Shown one piece after another: positions 51,432-62,720 of a stretch of DNA of 64,000 nt. The DNA is from Torpedo marmorata. Taxonomy: Eukaryota. The notes under the pieces were generated by a model that saw nothing but the letters and a program-made list of their open reading frames with translations, searched no databases and was not told where the DNA came from. Position numbers and translations under genes: made by a program. Within the stretch, counting starts at the first letter, position 1; each line of letters starts with the position of its first letter. The stretch lies in contig OZ360223.1 in assembly GCA_977017645.1 (NCBI GenBank), positions 124,434,001 to 124,498,000 of the forward strand, read 5' to 3'.

Positions 51432-53570
51432 GAAGTAAAACACGAAAGTCTGCAGACACCGTGGTTGAAGTAAAAACACAATGCTGAAGAAACTCAGCAG
51501 GTCAAACAGTGTACTCAGTAAAAACACAATGCTGGAGAAACTCAGCAGGTCAAACAGTGTCCTCAGTAAAAACACAATGCTGGAGAAATCATCGTCTGTC
51601 ATTTCCGCCACCTACCACATGATCCCACCACCAGACACATCTTCCCCTCTCCGCCTTTCATAGGGACAGCTCCCTCCATGATTCCCTTGTCCACTCATCC
51701 CTTCCCATTAATCGCCCCCTTGTCACCTTCCCCTACACAAACCCAACCATCCAGGCAGACCCATTGTTTCTGCCTGCTCCTGCCCCACCGAACTAGTTTC
51801 ATCTTACCTTGACTCCATCTTTTCTCCCCTGGTCCAATCCCTCCCCACCTACATCCGCGACACCTCACATGCCCTCCATCTCCTCAATGACTTCAGATTC
51901 CCTGAACCGGACCGCATCATCTTCACCATGGATGTCCAATCCCTTTATACCTCTATCCCCCACACAGAAGGTCTGAAAGCACTTCGCTTCTTCCTGGACC
52001 AAAGATCCGACCAGTCACCCTCTACCACCACCCTCCTCCGCCTGGCAGAACTTGTCCTCACTCTCAATAACTTCTCCTTCAACTCATCCCACTTCCTCCA
52101 AATCAAAGGAGTAGCCATGGGTACCCGCATGGGTCCCAGCTACGCCTGCCTGTTTGTGGGCTTTGTGGAGCAATCCATGCTGCAAGCCTACACAGGCAAG
52201 ACCCCTCATCTCTTCCTCCGTTATATCGACGACTACATCGGGGCTGCCTCATGCACCCGCGATGAGCTTGTCAACTTCATCCACTTCGCATCCAACTTCC
52301 ACCACGATCTCAAACTCACCTGGTCCATCTCTGATAACACTCTCCCCTTCCTGGATCTCTCTGTCTCCATCTCAGGAGACAAGCTTTCCACCGACATTTA
52401 CTACAAACCCTCCAACTCCCACAACTATCTGGACTAAACATCCTCACACCCTGTCCCCTGCAAGGACTCCATCCACTTCTCTCAATTTCTCCGCCTCCGC
52501 CGCATCTGTTCCCAAGATGAGGTGTTCCACTCCAGATCTTCTGAAATGTCTGCCTTTTTCCACAAACGTGGCTTCCCCTCCACCACCATCAACTCAGCCC
52601 TCACCCGCATCTCCTCCATTTCCCGCTCATCTGCCCTGGCCCCCTCTGCCCCCAAAACGCAACAAACATAGAATCCCCCTCATCCTCACCTACCACCCCA
52701 CCAGCCTCCGCATCCAACACATTATCCGCCGGAATTTCCGGCACTTACTACAGGATCCCACCACCAGACACATTTTTCCTTCTCCTCCCCTCTCGGCCTT
52801 CCATAGGGACCGCTCCCTCCGCGATTCACTCGTGCACTCATCCCTCCCCACCCATCGCACCCCCGGCACCTTCCACTGTGCCCGCAGGAGGTGCAACACC
52901 TGCGCCCACACCTCCCCCCTCACCACGGTCCAGGGCCCCAAACAGGCCTTCCAAGTGAAACTACACTTCACTTGTACATCCAGAGAACTTATTTACTGCA
53001 TCCGGTGCTCCCTTTGTGGCTTTCTCTACATTGGAGAGACCGGTCGTAGATTGGGAGACCGCTTTGCTGAGCACCTCCTCTCCGTCCACAACAACAGCGA
53101 CCTCCCAGTAGCCAACCATTTCAATTCCGGGTCACTCCCACACTCACATGCCTGTCCATGGCCTTATGTACTATCCCACCCAGACTACCCGCAAATTGGA
53201 GGAACAACATCTCATTTTCCGTCTCGGCACTCTCCAGCCAGATGGCATTAACATTGACTTTTCTGCTTTCCACTAAACCTGCTTGTCGTTCCCTTCCCGT
53301 CCCCCCTCACCTGTCCTTCCTGTTTTTCTCCAGCTACCTAGCCATCCCTCCTCCCCCTCTTTGCTGCTGTCCCCTCCCTCCTTTCTCCACCTATTATCTC
53401 CTGCCTTTGCCACCCCCCTTCCCCCCTCACTCTTTTGTTCGGACGCCTACCGGCATTTTCTCATACTTTGATGAAGGGCTCAAGCCCGAAACGTCGGTTA
53501 TGTATTTCTACCTTTGCTACATAAAAGACACTGTTTGACCTGCTGAGTTTCTCCAGCATTTGTGTTTTTC
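51432..53570 (+). mobile_element. Penelope-like element (RT + GIY-YIG) with an inverted pseudo-LTR piece at the 5' end
   Basis: MDVQSLYTSIP, GVAMGTRMGPSYA and LRYIDD RT motifs; LIYCIRCSLCGFLYIGETGRRL..RFAEH GIY-YIG. 51432-51588 is an inverted, internally repeated copy of the 3' end. Confidence 0.92.
53462..53502 (+). ncRNA. Penelope-associated minimal hammerhead ribozyme-like motif (C3U variant)
   Basis: TTGATGA-A-GGGC(TCAA)GCCC-GAAAC-GTC, with CATAC/GTTATG as a bulged stem I. Confidence 0.55.
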
Positions 53571-54344
53571 ACACAGCTGTCAGTGGCAGCCAAGGTGAAT
53601 TTCTACACACCTTTCTCCAAAACAGTTCCCAGGTGATAACAAGCAGGTAACTGGGTTCTGTCCTGGGGCAGTACACATCAATCAGTAATCAGACAGCACT
53701 ATAGAACATGCCGACCACTCAACTCACCCAGCTGTCTGGCATAACCTTTAGTTTGCTGGTGAAAACTTCACTCAATGAAAGATCAGTAAGTGACATGTTG
53801 GGGATATAACACATACAGCAAATGTATGAAAACAGAAAAATCTCACAAAAAAGTTAACGTGTATACAGTGTACATAAAACTCACAATTTGCACACGCATA
53901 CTTTGCTCTCTAACCTTCATATGCACACTATTACTCCCACTTCACAGGTTTCTCCTGCTCGTGCACACACACAGATCTCTCTTAAACACTGCAAGGATCT
54001 CATTTGTATGCATGCACACACATACGCGCTCTCTCTTTCACACAGATGCAGAGAACCAGACAGTTTGATCGATCTCTCCCAACACTGTGATATCGCACGC
54101 TCTGTCTGAGAGAGATCTTTCCCTTTCTGTGAGATACAAATCTCTCCATTTCTCCCTCTTTCCCTGACTGATCTTTCCCTTTCTCTCTCTCCCGCTCACA
54201 CACAGACTAATGTCCCTTTCTCTCTCTCCCTGACTGATTTCTCCTTCTCTCTCTCCCCATGTCTGATCTCCCTGACTGATTGCATCCGCTCCCTCTCCCT
54301 GACTAATCGCGCACACACACAGACATGCACACAGACACACACAT

Positions 54345-54470
54345 GTGGCTCTAACTCACATGTAGGGATACAACAGCTCAGCAGCGACAACTCACCCACT
54401 CGTGAGTCAGAAGGTTGTGGGAGGAATTCCCATAACAGATCTACGCCCAATTCTGGGCTGACTGAGGAAA
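54345..54470 (+). mobile_element. DeuSINE (SacSINE1-like) head relic
   Basis: GAGTCAGAAGGTTGTGGG...GGCTGAC, as recalled from the SacSINE1 head. Confidence 0.45.
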
Positions 54471-54959
54471 TCCCAAGCTCAGCAGAGGCCTGTTAGTCCT
54501 CTGCAGTTGATCCCACCACAACTCTACCAAAGGAGTCTAAGAATAGCACAGCACAGAAAGATGCCGTGTAGCCCACTGTCCGTGCCACCATTCCATTCAC
54601 ACTGATCCTACCAGTCAACCAACAGTCAAAGGATCTGCAACCTGAAATGTTATATGTTTCTCTCTCCACAGCTTGACCTGCTGAGTGTTTCCAGAAGTTT
54701 CTGCTTTCATTTCCTAAACAGGAACGGAAAATAAAAACCTGCAGATGTCAGAAATGTGAAATAAAATCTGGTCAGGCAGCACCCTTGGAGAGAGAAACAC
54801 AGTTAACGGTTCAGGTTAAACACCCTTTAGAGGCTGACTGGCAATTTATGTTTCCATCTCTTCAGCAGAAGAGCAGGCTGTTAACATGGAGTTGTGCCTG
54901 GGATCTTGCAGTGCAGCTCAGCACTGCTCTGATTCCTACAGCAGTGACCCCGAAAGGTA

Positions 54960-55685
54960 CCTCATTCGCCACACATCGGAGGACCTCTCCTGGAGCCAGC
55001 ACATTGAAGTAACTGTGAAGAAGGCACACCAACCCCTCTACTTTCTAAGAAGTCTGAGGAGATTTGGCATGTTGTTGAATACTCCATCAAACTTCTAGAG
55101 GTGCACTGTATGCTGACTGGTTGTATCACTGCCTGGTTTGGAGATTCGAGTGCCCAGGAACGCAGAAGGCTGCAGAAAGTAACAAACCTAGCAAAGTCCA
55201 TCACGGGCACCTACCTCCGTCCAATGAATGCAACTATGTGAAGTGCTGCCTCAAGAAGGCAGCCAACATCATAAAGGACCACCATCACCCTGGTCACAAC
55301 CTCTTCTCACTGCTACCTTCAGGCAGAAGGTACAGAAGCCTGAAGACCAGCACCTCTAGGTTTAAGAACAGTTTTTATCCGACAGCCATCAGGTTCTTAA
55401 ACCTCCCCGTACTACCCTAACCCCAACCATAAACTACTCCGGAACCACCAAAATACCTGTCTACACCACTAAAAAAAATCACCTTTTGTTTCTTGCACTA
55501 ACTGCAACTGTGAATATTTATTTATCTATCCTTTTATATTTATTATCTCTTTTTCTGCCTGGGCACATTGTGGTAATTGAATGTAAACTTTTTCCATTTG
55601 TATTTCTTGCATACCTGTGTGGCTGCAGCAAGTAAGAATTTCGGTGAACCTGTGCATTGAATTGATGTATATGACAATAAACTCT
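54960..55685 (+). mobile_element. Rex1/Babar LINE 3' part
   Basis: LSWSQHIE..KKAHQPLYFLRSLRRFG..AANIIKDHHHPGHNLFSLLPSGRRYRS; tail GACAATAAA. Confidence 0.85.
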
Positions 55686-56249
55686 CATCTCATTGGGAGC
55701 AAAGGCCTTGGAATAGGACAAAATGGATTTCAAGGATGCAAGAGAAATGCAAGTCTTTCATTCCAATTACAGATTACCAACCTGCAAAGACGTGTGTGCA
55801 CAGAATGCGAGACGGACCCCACCCACACCAGATCTGCTGCTGGATCAACCCCAAAACCTCTCCACCTTCCCTCACTTCCTTCAACTGGTGCCCCAATTCC
55901 AGCCAATAATTCTCCAGCAAAGCATCCTGGAACTTTTCGCCTGATTGGAAGTTATTGCTGCTCTATTGGAGATTGCCAGGTTAGGAACAGACTAGGGATC
56001 GAGTTCTGAAGCCCTCCCCTCCCCAGCTCATGCCCAGGAGGAAGCAGCACTCGGCCTGGATCGTGGGCTCAGCTGGGGGGGATCTCTGGTGTTCACACAG
56101 ACACTCTGCCCCCACCATCACCTTCGGCAGGATGAGCTGCCATTGGATAGAAAAACAGCTGGTCAGGTCATTGGGTCCAAGTCTCCTCTACCTACACCCA
56201 TACTTAGATTTGTTTCCTCCACTTATATTCTCCCTGCCAAGTGGTCTCT

Positions 56250-57965
56250 CCCTCAACCTCTCTCTCCAACTCTCATACCTTCTGCCCAATCATCTCTGGG
56301 CCTTGGCTCAGCTTCACCTACCCATTGCCCATAACCCTCAATTCCCCCATTCTTCAATAATCTATCTGGGTCTTAAATACATTTAATGAGACAGCCTCTA
56401 CTGCTTCCTTGGGTGAAGCATTTCCTCCTCATCTCCATCCTAAATCTACTCCTCCGAATCTTGAAGCTGTGTCCCCTTGTTCCAGTCTCACCTGCCAATG
56501 AAAACAACCTCCCTGCTTCTATCTGATCTGTTCCTTTCATAATTTTACCTATTCTATCTAATCTATTCCTTTCATAATTTTAGAAGGATGAAATATGTCT
56601 TTACAAGATCCCCTCATCCTTCTAAACTCTGATAATTCCCAGGCGACTCAATCTCTCCTCGTAGACTAACCCCTTAGTAGACTAACCCCCTCAGACTAAC
56701 CCCCTCGTAGACTAACCCCCTCGTAGACTAACCCTATCATCTCTGGAATCCACCTGGTGAACCTCCTCTGCACCACCTCCAAAGCTATCCTTTCTCAATT
56801 AAGGAGACCAGAACTGCACAAAATACTCCAGGTGCGGCCTCACCAGTACCCTGTGCAGTTGCAGAAGAACCTCCCTGCTCTCGTGTTGCTCTCACAGCCA
56901 CTGCTACACTCATCGTGCTCGGCCTGTCCACTCACTAACTCACACTTTCATCAGCCGGGCCGGCTGGAACTCGCTGCCGGAGCCGCTGTAGCGGCAGCGC
57001 TGCCGCTGGTGCGGACCCGAGGGGAGTGGAGATGCAGCGCTCCCGCGGGGCCCAGCCGCCCAGTCGATTCCATACGGGCTTTGAACGGCCCGTTGAGGGA
57101 GCTGACGGTGGTTTTATTTGAGATCCCGTGACCGCGGGGTCTGCGCCCAAGATGGCAGTGCCTATTAATCGGTAGCAGCCACGAGGGGCTGCAGACTCTG
57201 GGGAAGCAGAGGACTGGAGCAGGGCACCAGAGGACGGAAAGATCACCCCCGTCTGAGGAGAAACGGAGGAGACGACCCACGGGACCGTGACCACGGCGGC
57301 GGACCAGTGAGAGGCTCTGAGGCTGAAGGACCAGTGCATGTGGCGGGCTGCTGGCGACTCGAGGCAAGGAACCCGCGGAGGCTGTGGGCTGCTGGAGACT
57401 GCTGTCGGGAGACTCGCGCCGGGCTGTGGACTGCTGGAGACTGGCTCGAACTGGCTGGAGGAGTACCAGGTATCGGAACCGGGATGCGAGGGGGCGCCGA
57501 GGGTGCCGAAGGATTCCTGACCGTGTCGGAGGTTCGGATCTGGAGCTCGGGTTGCCAATGGTTTGGACTGGACTCTGTGTGGCTGCGGAAGCGCTGGAGG
57601 CAAATCTACTGACACTCGGTGACTCTGGGGGGCTCTCTTTTGCTTCTCTTTCTCTGACTGTAAGGAATGTTAGAGGCGCTTAGGCAATTTCTGCCGGTGG
57701 CGAATCTGTCTGCCTTGCAGCAGGCAAAAAGAAATTTCATGTAATATGACACTGTTTTATTACTATGACAATAAATTGAATCTTGAATCTTAAATGTAAT
57801 CCATCTAGCAATGAAGGATGGCATTCCATTTACCTTCTTGATTATCTGTTGCACCTGCAAACCAACTTTTTGAAATTCACGTACCACACTCCCAGATCTC
57901 TGCAAACAGCAAGCTGCAATCCTTCACTGTTTAAACTGCAGTCCGATCCGCTATTTTTCTTTAAG
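56250..57965 (-). mobile_element. Old CR1 fragment split by a GC-rich insertion
   Basis: RT motifs on both sides (56250-56881 and 57791-57965). Confidence 0.7.
56882..57790 (+). mobile_element. Unclassified GC-rich non-autonomous retroelement with a Rex1/L2-like tail
   Basis: Ends ATGACAATAAA(TTGAATC)n; no RT coding; interrupts a CR1. Confidence 0.55.
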
Positions 57966-58159
57966 ATGCAAATAATCGCAAAGCGGTACCATCGGAGAGG
58001 CAACAATGGGGTAGAACTGCACCAGGGGAGAGTCAATTGTTGGGGGAGAGCCACACATCAGGAGGCAATGCCAAGCCACTCGGGCAGCTCCGGACCACTG
58101 AAGAGCCAACATTGCTCTGTTGTGGGTGCACTGCTGAGGGAAAACAACACCAAGAGTGC

Positions 58160-59526
58160 CAGTGAGTCTGACATCAGTAGTGGGTAAGTTGGAAGGTATT
58201 CTAAGAGATCAGATATACAAGTACTTGGTTAGACAGGGATTGATGAGGGATAGTCAACATGGTTTTGTGCATGGTAGGTTATGTTTAACCAATCTTGTAG
58301 AGTTTTTCGAGTAGGTTACCAGGAAAGTTGATGAAGGAAAAGGCTGTGGATGTTGTCTACATGGACTTTATTAAGGCCTTTGACAAAGATCCACATGGGA
58401 GGTTAGTCAGTAAGGTTCAGACACTCAGTATTCGTGGTGTAGTAAACTGGATTCGACAATGGCTGGACAGGAGAAGCCAGAGAGTGGTGGTGGATGATTG
58501 CTTCTCAGACTGGAGGCCTGTGACTAGTGGTGTGCCTCAGGGATCAGTGGTGGGACCATTTTTGTTTGTCATCTACATCAATGATCTGGATGATAATGTG
58601 GTAAATTGGATTAGCACTTTTGCAGATGACACTAAGATTGGAGGTGTTGTGGACAGTGAAGAAGGTTTTCAAAGCTTGCAGAGGGATCTGGACCAGCTGA
58701 AAAAATGGCCTGAAAAATGGTAGATGGAATTTAATGCAGACAAGTGTGAGGTGTTGCATTTTGGAAGGACAAACCAAGGTAGGACATACATGGTAAATGG
58801 TAGGGCACTGAGGAGTGCAGTACAACAGAGGGATCTGGGAATACAGATACACAATTCCCTGAAAGTGGCGTCACGGGTAGATAGGGTTGTAAAGAGAGCT
58901 TTTGGCATATTAGCCTTCATAAATCAAAGTATTGGGTATAGGAGTTGGAATGTTATTGGTAATGTTGTATAAGACATTGGTGAGGCCAAATTTGGAGAAT
59001 TGTGTGCAGTTTTGGTCACCTAACCACAGGAAAGATATCAATAAGATTAAAAGAATGCAGAGAAGATTTACTAGGATGTTGCCTGGACTTCAGGAACTGA
59101 GTTACAGGGAAAGGTTAAACAGGTTAGGACTTTATTCCCTGGAGCATAAAAGAATAAGGAGAGATTTGATAGAGGTATACAAAATTATGAGGGGGATAGA
59201 TAGAGTAAATGAAAGCAGGCTTTTTCCACTGAGTTCAGATGAGTTACAAACCAGAGGATATGGGTTAAGGGTGAAAGGTGAGATGTTCAGAGGTAACATT
59301 AGGGGGAACTTCTTCACACAGAGAGTGGTGAGTGTGATAAAAAAGATGCCAGCTGGTGTTGAATGCGGGCTCGATTTTGAAAGTTAAGAAAAATTTGGAC
59401 ATGTACATGGATGCGAGGTGTATTGAGGGATATGGACTGGGTGCAGGTCAATGGGCTAGGCAAAATAATAGTTCGGCATGGACTAGATGGGCCGATGGGT
59501 CTGTTTCTGTACTGTAGTGTTCTATG
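58160..59526 (+). mobile_element. CR1 LINE 3' part (same subfamily as 13750-15790)
   Basis: RT ORFs 58328-59387. Confidence 0.9.
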
Positions 59527-60039
59527 GGAGGGTCAGGTCCTCGGGGGCAATGTGGAGAAATTGCATACCAGCGGGAACAAACTGGGCTTGTAGAATCATA
59601 CAACATTGTCAAATTTATTCTGGATGCCCTATGCCCCAAGGAGAGTTTTCAGACAATTAACTAAGAGAATAAACAACGGCCTTGGCAACATCACACACAT
59701 TCCACACCGAGGGAGAGGGAGTGCTAATGGAAGTTTCCTCTTTCTGATGTGGAAATAAACCAAAGCCTTTGGGACACCTGTACCTGAACTCTTCCGAACA
59801 GGAGCAGAAGCTTTTGTCATGGTTCCTGGGTTGTATATACTTAAAGTATCATAATCGTGCTGATAATTTTGGCCTTTTATGAGATTGGTCTGTGTAACAA
59901 CTCCCCGATGAAAAAAGTGACTACCTTTAAAAAAAATACAGCTGTTTCACGGGCAGAGACAGGCTGGGATCCTGGCAGTCGCCCTATAAATGCAAGTCCA
60001 TTCTGAGCTTGGGTTCAGGAAAAAAGCTATCAACGTGTC

Positions 60040-60720
60040 AAGCAGACGATGAGCCCCCGGTTCTCCCGCGGGTTGGGGAGGGTGTGGGTCGGTTTTGGGG
60101 TGCTTTGAGGTTATCGTCCCCTGGGTCAGTTTGCGAGAGATGGCTCACGGTGTTACTCTACCTGGGTTTAAGCCGTCGTACAAGAAATAGATCACCAAGA
60201 GGAAGGATCCGACGCACACCGCCGCCATGCGGGCCGCCTTCCCCCTGCTCCTTCTCGCCCTCATCCTCCTTCCCCATGCGGTGTGAGGGGCCGGCCGGAG
60301 CTCGCTGCCACGGCCCGGCTGCCGCTGCCCGTCCGCTCCCGCCGCACTGTAACCGCTCGGTGGAACAAGATTCCCTGACCCTTCCATTCCCCTCCAGGGG
60401 TTCGGGCCGAGCAACACTAACTCAATTTGCTCCCAAAACGTTCTGTTTCAACTAAATTCGTTTTTATTCGTAAAACATCGGAGAGTTACTCGGGGACACT
60501 GGGGGGATTTGGAAAGGAGAGGCGAGGAAGTGAAGCGTTGAATCGTCTCCTCCCGCGTTCTTCATTCCGACACCGTAATACATGTAATAGTGGGAGACAG
60601 AGCGAGTCGAAACGGTCAGTGAGGGGGCTGGAAATGCGAAATAGAAGCAAGCCTGCTGGAGATATTCGGCAGGTGAGGCGGCGTCTGCAGAGAGCAACAC
60701 CGAGAGGGCTTCACCCCTGA
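60040..60720 (-). promoter_or_regulatory. CpG-rich promoter / first-exon region of the CHST13-like gene
   Basis: Non-repetitive CpG-dense sequence around and upstream of exon 1; TSS not determinable. Confidence 0.55.
60162..60264 (-). CDS. CHST13: Carbohydrate (chondroitin 4-O) sulfotransferase, CHST13-like, coding exon 1 (cytoplasmic tail + transmembrane anchor)
   Basis: ATG at 60264 (A at -3). Encodes MRARRSRGKAARMAAVCVGSFLLVIYFLYDGLNP: a basic N-terminus plus a hydrophobic type II anchor resembling CHST11 'CLGSFILVIFYFQSMLHP'. Ends in a phase-1 donor CAG|GTAGAG. Lies in a CpG-rich region. Confidence 0.8.
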
Positions 60721-60889
60721 AAGGTAGAAAACGTGGCATCCCATTGCAAACGTGAGCACATCTGGAGATCATGGCAACAAGGGGAAAGGTTGGGAAAAAG
60801 GACTTGCAGACATTCGATGGCCCGCGCGGTCTCCTATACCGTAATATCTGCAAGATTCGGAGACCTGATAAGTGTTTCTCAAGCTGGGG

Positions 60890-62720
60890 AGAGACTTCTG
60901 TATGTCACCGTGTTCCTGAACAACTTCTGCAGATGCACCATTGAAAGCGAACTGTCAGGGTGCATCACCGCGTGGGGTGGGTGGGGCGTGATCATCACTG
61001 CGTGGGGTGGGTGGGGCGTGATCATCACCGCGTGGGGTGGGTGGGGCGTGGGGTGGGTGGGGTGGGTGGGGCGTGATCATCACCGCGTGGGGTGGGTGGG
61101 GCGTGATCATCACCGCGTGGGGTGGGTGGGGCGTGATCATCACCGCGTGGGGTGGGTGGGGTGTGATCATCACCACGTGGGGTGGGTGGGGCGTGATCAT
61201 CACCGCGTGGGGTGGGTGGGGCGTGGGGTGGGTGGGGTGGGTGGGGCGTGATCATCACCGCGTGGGGTGGGTGGGGCGTGATCATCACCGCGTGGGGTGG
61301 GTGGGGTGTGATCATCACCGCGTGGGGTGGGTGGGGCGTGATCATCACCGCGTGGGGTGGGTGGGGCGTGATCATCACCGCGTGGGGTGGGTGGGGTGTG
61401 ATCATCACCACGTGGGGTGGGTGGGGCGTGATCATCACCGCGTGGGGTGGGTGGGGCGTGGGGTGGGTGGGGTGGGTGGGGTGTGATCATCACCGCGTGG
61501 GGTGGGTGGGGCGTGATCATCACCGCGTGGGGTGGGTGGGGTGTGATCATCACCACGTGGGGTGGGTGGGGCGTGATCATCACCGCGTGGGGTGGGTGGG
61601 GCGTGGGGTGGGTGGGGTGGGTGGGGCGTGATCATCACCGCGTGGGGTGGGTGGGGCGTGATCATCACCGCGTGGGGTGGGTGGCGTGGGTGGGGTGGGT
61701 GGGGCGTGATCATCACCGCGTGGGGTGGGTGGCGTGGGTGGGGTGGGTGGGGCGTGATCATCACCGCGTGGGGTGGGTGGGACGTGGGGTGGGTGGGGTG
61801 GGTGGGGCGTGATCATCACTGCATGGGGTGGGTGGGGCGTGATCACCGCGTGGGGTGGGTGGGGCGTGATCATCACCGCGTGGGGTGGGTGGGGTGTGAT
61901 CATCACCGCGTGGGGTGGGTGGGGCGTGGGGTGGGGCGTGATCATCACTGCGTGGGGTGGGTGGGGTGGGTGGGGCGTGATCATCACTGCGTGGGGTGGG
62001 TGGGGTGTGATCATCACCGCGTGGGGTGGGTGGGGCGTGATCATCACCGCGTGGGGTGGGTGGGGTGTGATCATCACCGCGTGGGGTGGGTGGGGCGTGG
62101 GGTGGGTGGGGTGGGTGGGGCGTGATCATCACCGCGTGGGGTGGGTGGGGCGCGCTCATCACTGCGTGGGGTGGGTGGGGCGTGATCATCACTGCGTGGG
62201 GTGGGTGGGGTGTGATCATCACCGCGTGGGGTGGGTGGGGCGTGGGGTGGGTGGGTTGGGTGGGGCGCGCTCATCACCGCGTGGGGTGGGTGGGGCGCGC
62301 TCATCACTGCGTGGGGTGGGTGGGGCGTGCTCATCACTGCGTGGGGTGGGTGGGGTGGGTGGGGCGCGCTCATCACTGCGTGGGGTGGGTGGGGCGCGCT
62401 CATCACTGCGTGGGGTGGGTGGGGCGTGCTCATCACTGCGTGGGGTGGGTGGGGCGTGCTCATCACTGCGTGGGGTGGGTGGGGCGTGCTCATCACTGCG
62501 TGGGGTGGGTGGGGCGCGCTCATCACTGCGTGGGGTGGGTGGGGCGCGCTCATCACCGCGTGGGGTGGGTGGGGCGCGCTCATCACCGCGTGGGGTGGGT
62601 GGGGCGCGCTCATCACTGCGTGGGGTGGGTGGGGCGCGCTCATCACTGCGTGGGGTGGGTGGGGCGCGCTCCACCCAAGTCCGCAGGAAACTGCAGAGGG
62701 TTGTGACCATCACACACAAC
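60890..62720 (+). mobile_element. Rex1/Babar relic whose interior has expanded into minisatellites
   Basis: NNFCRCTIESELSGCITAW before the array; STQVRRKLQRVV after it. Confidence 0.75.
60963..62668. repeat. G-rich 30-bp minisatellite TCATCACCGCGTGGGGTGGGTGGGGCGTGA
   Basis: About 1.7 kb of tandem units, each with three G-runs. Confidence 0.95.
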
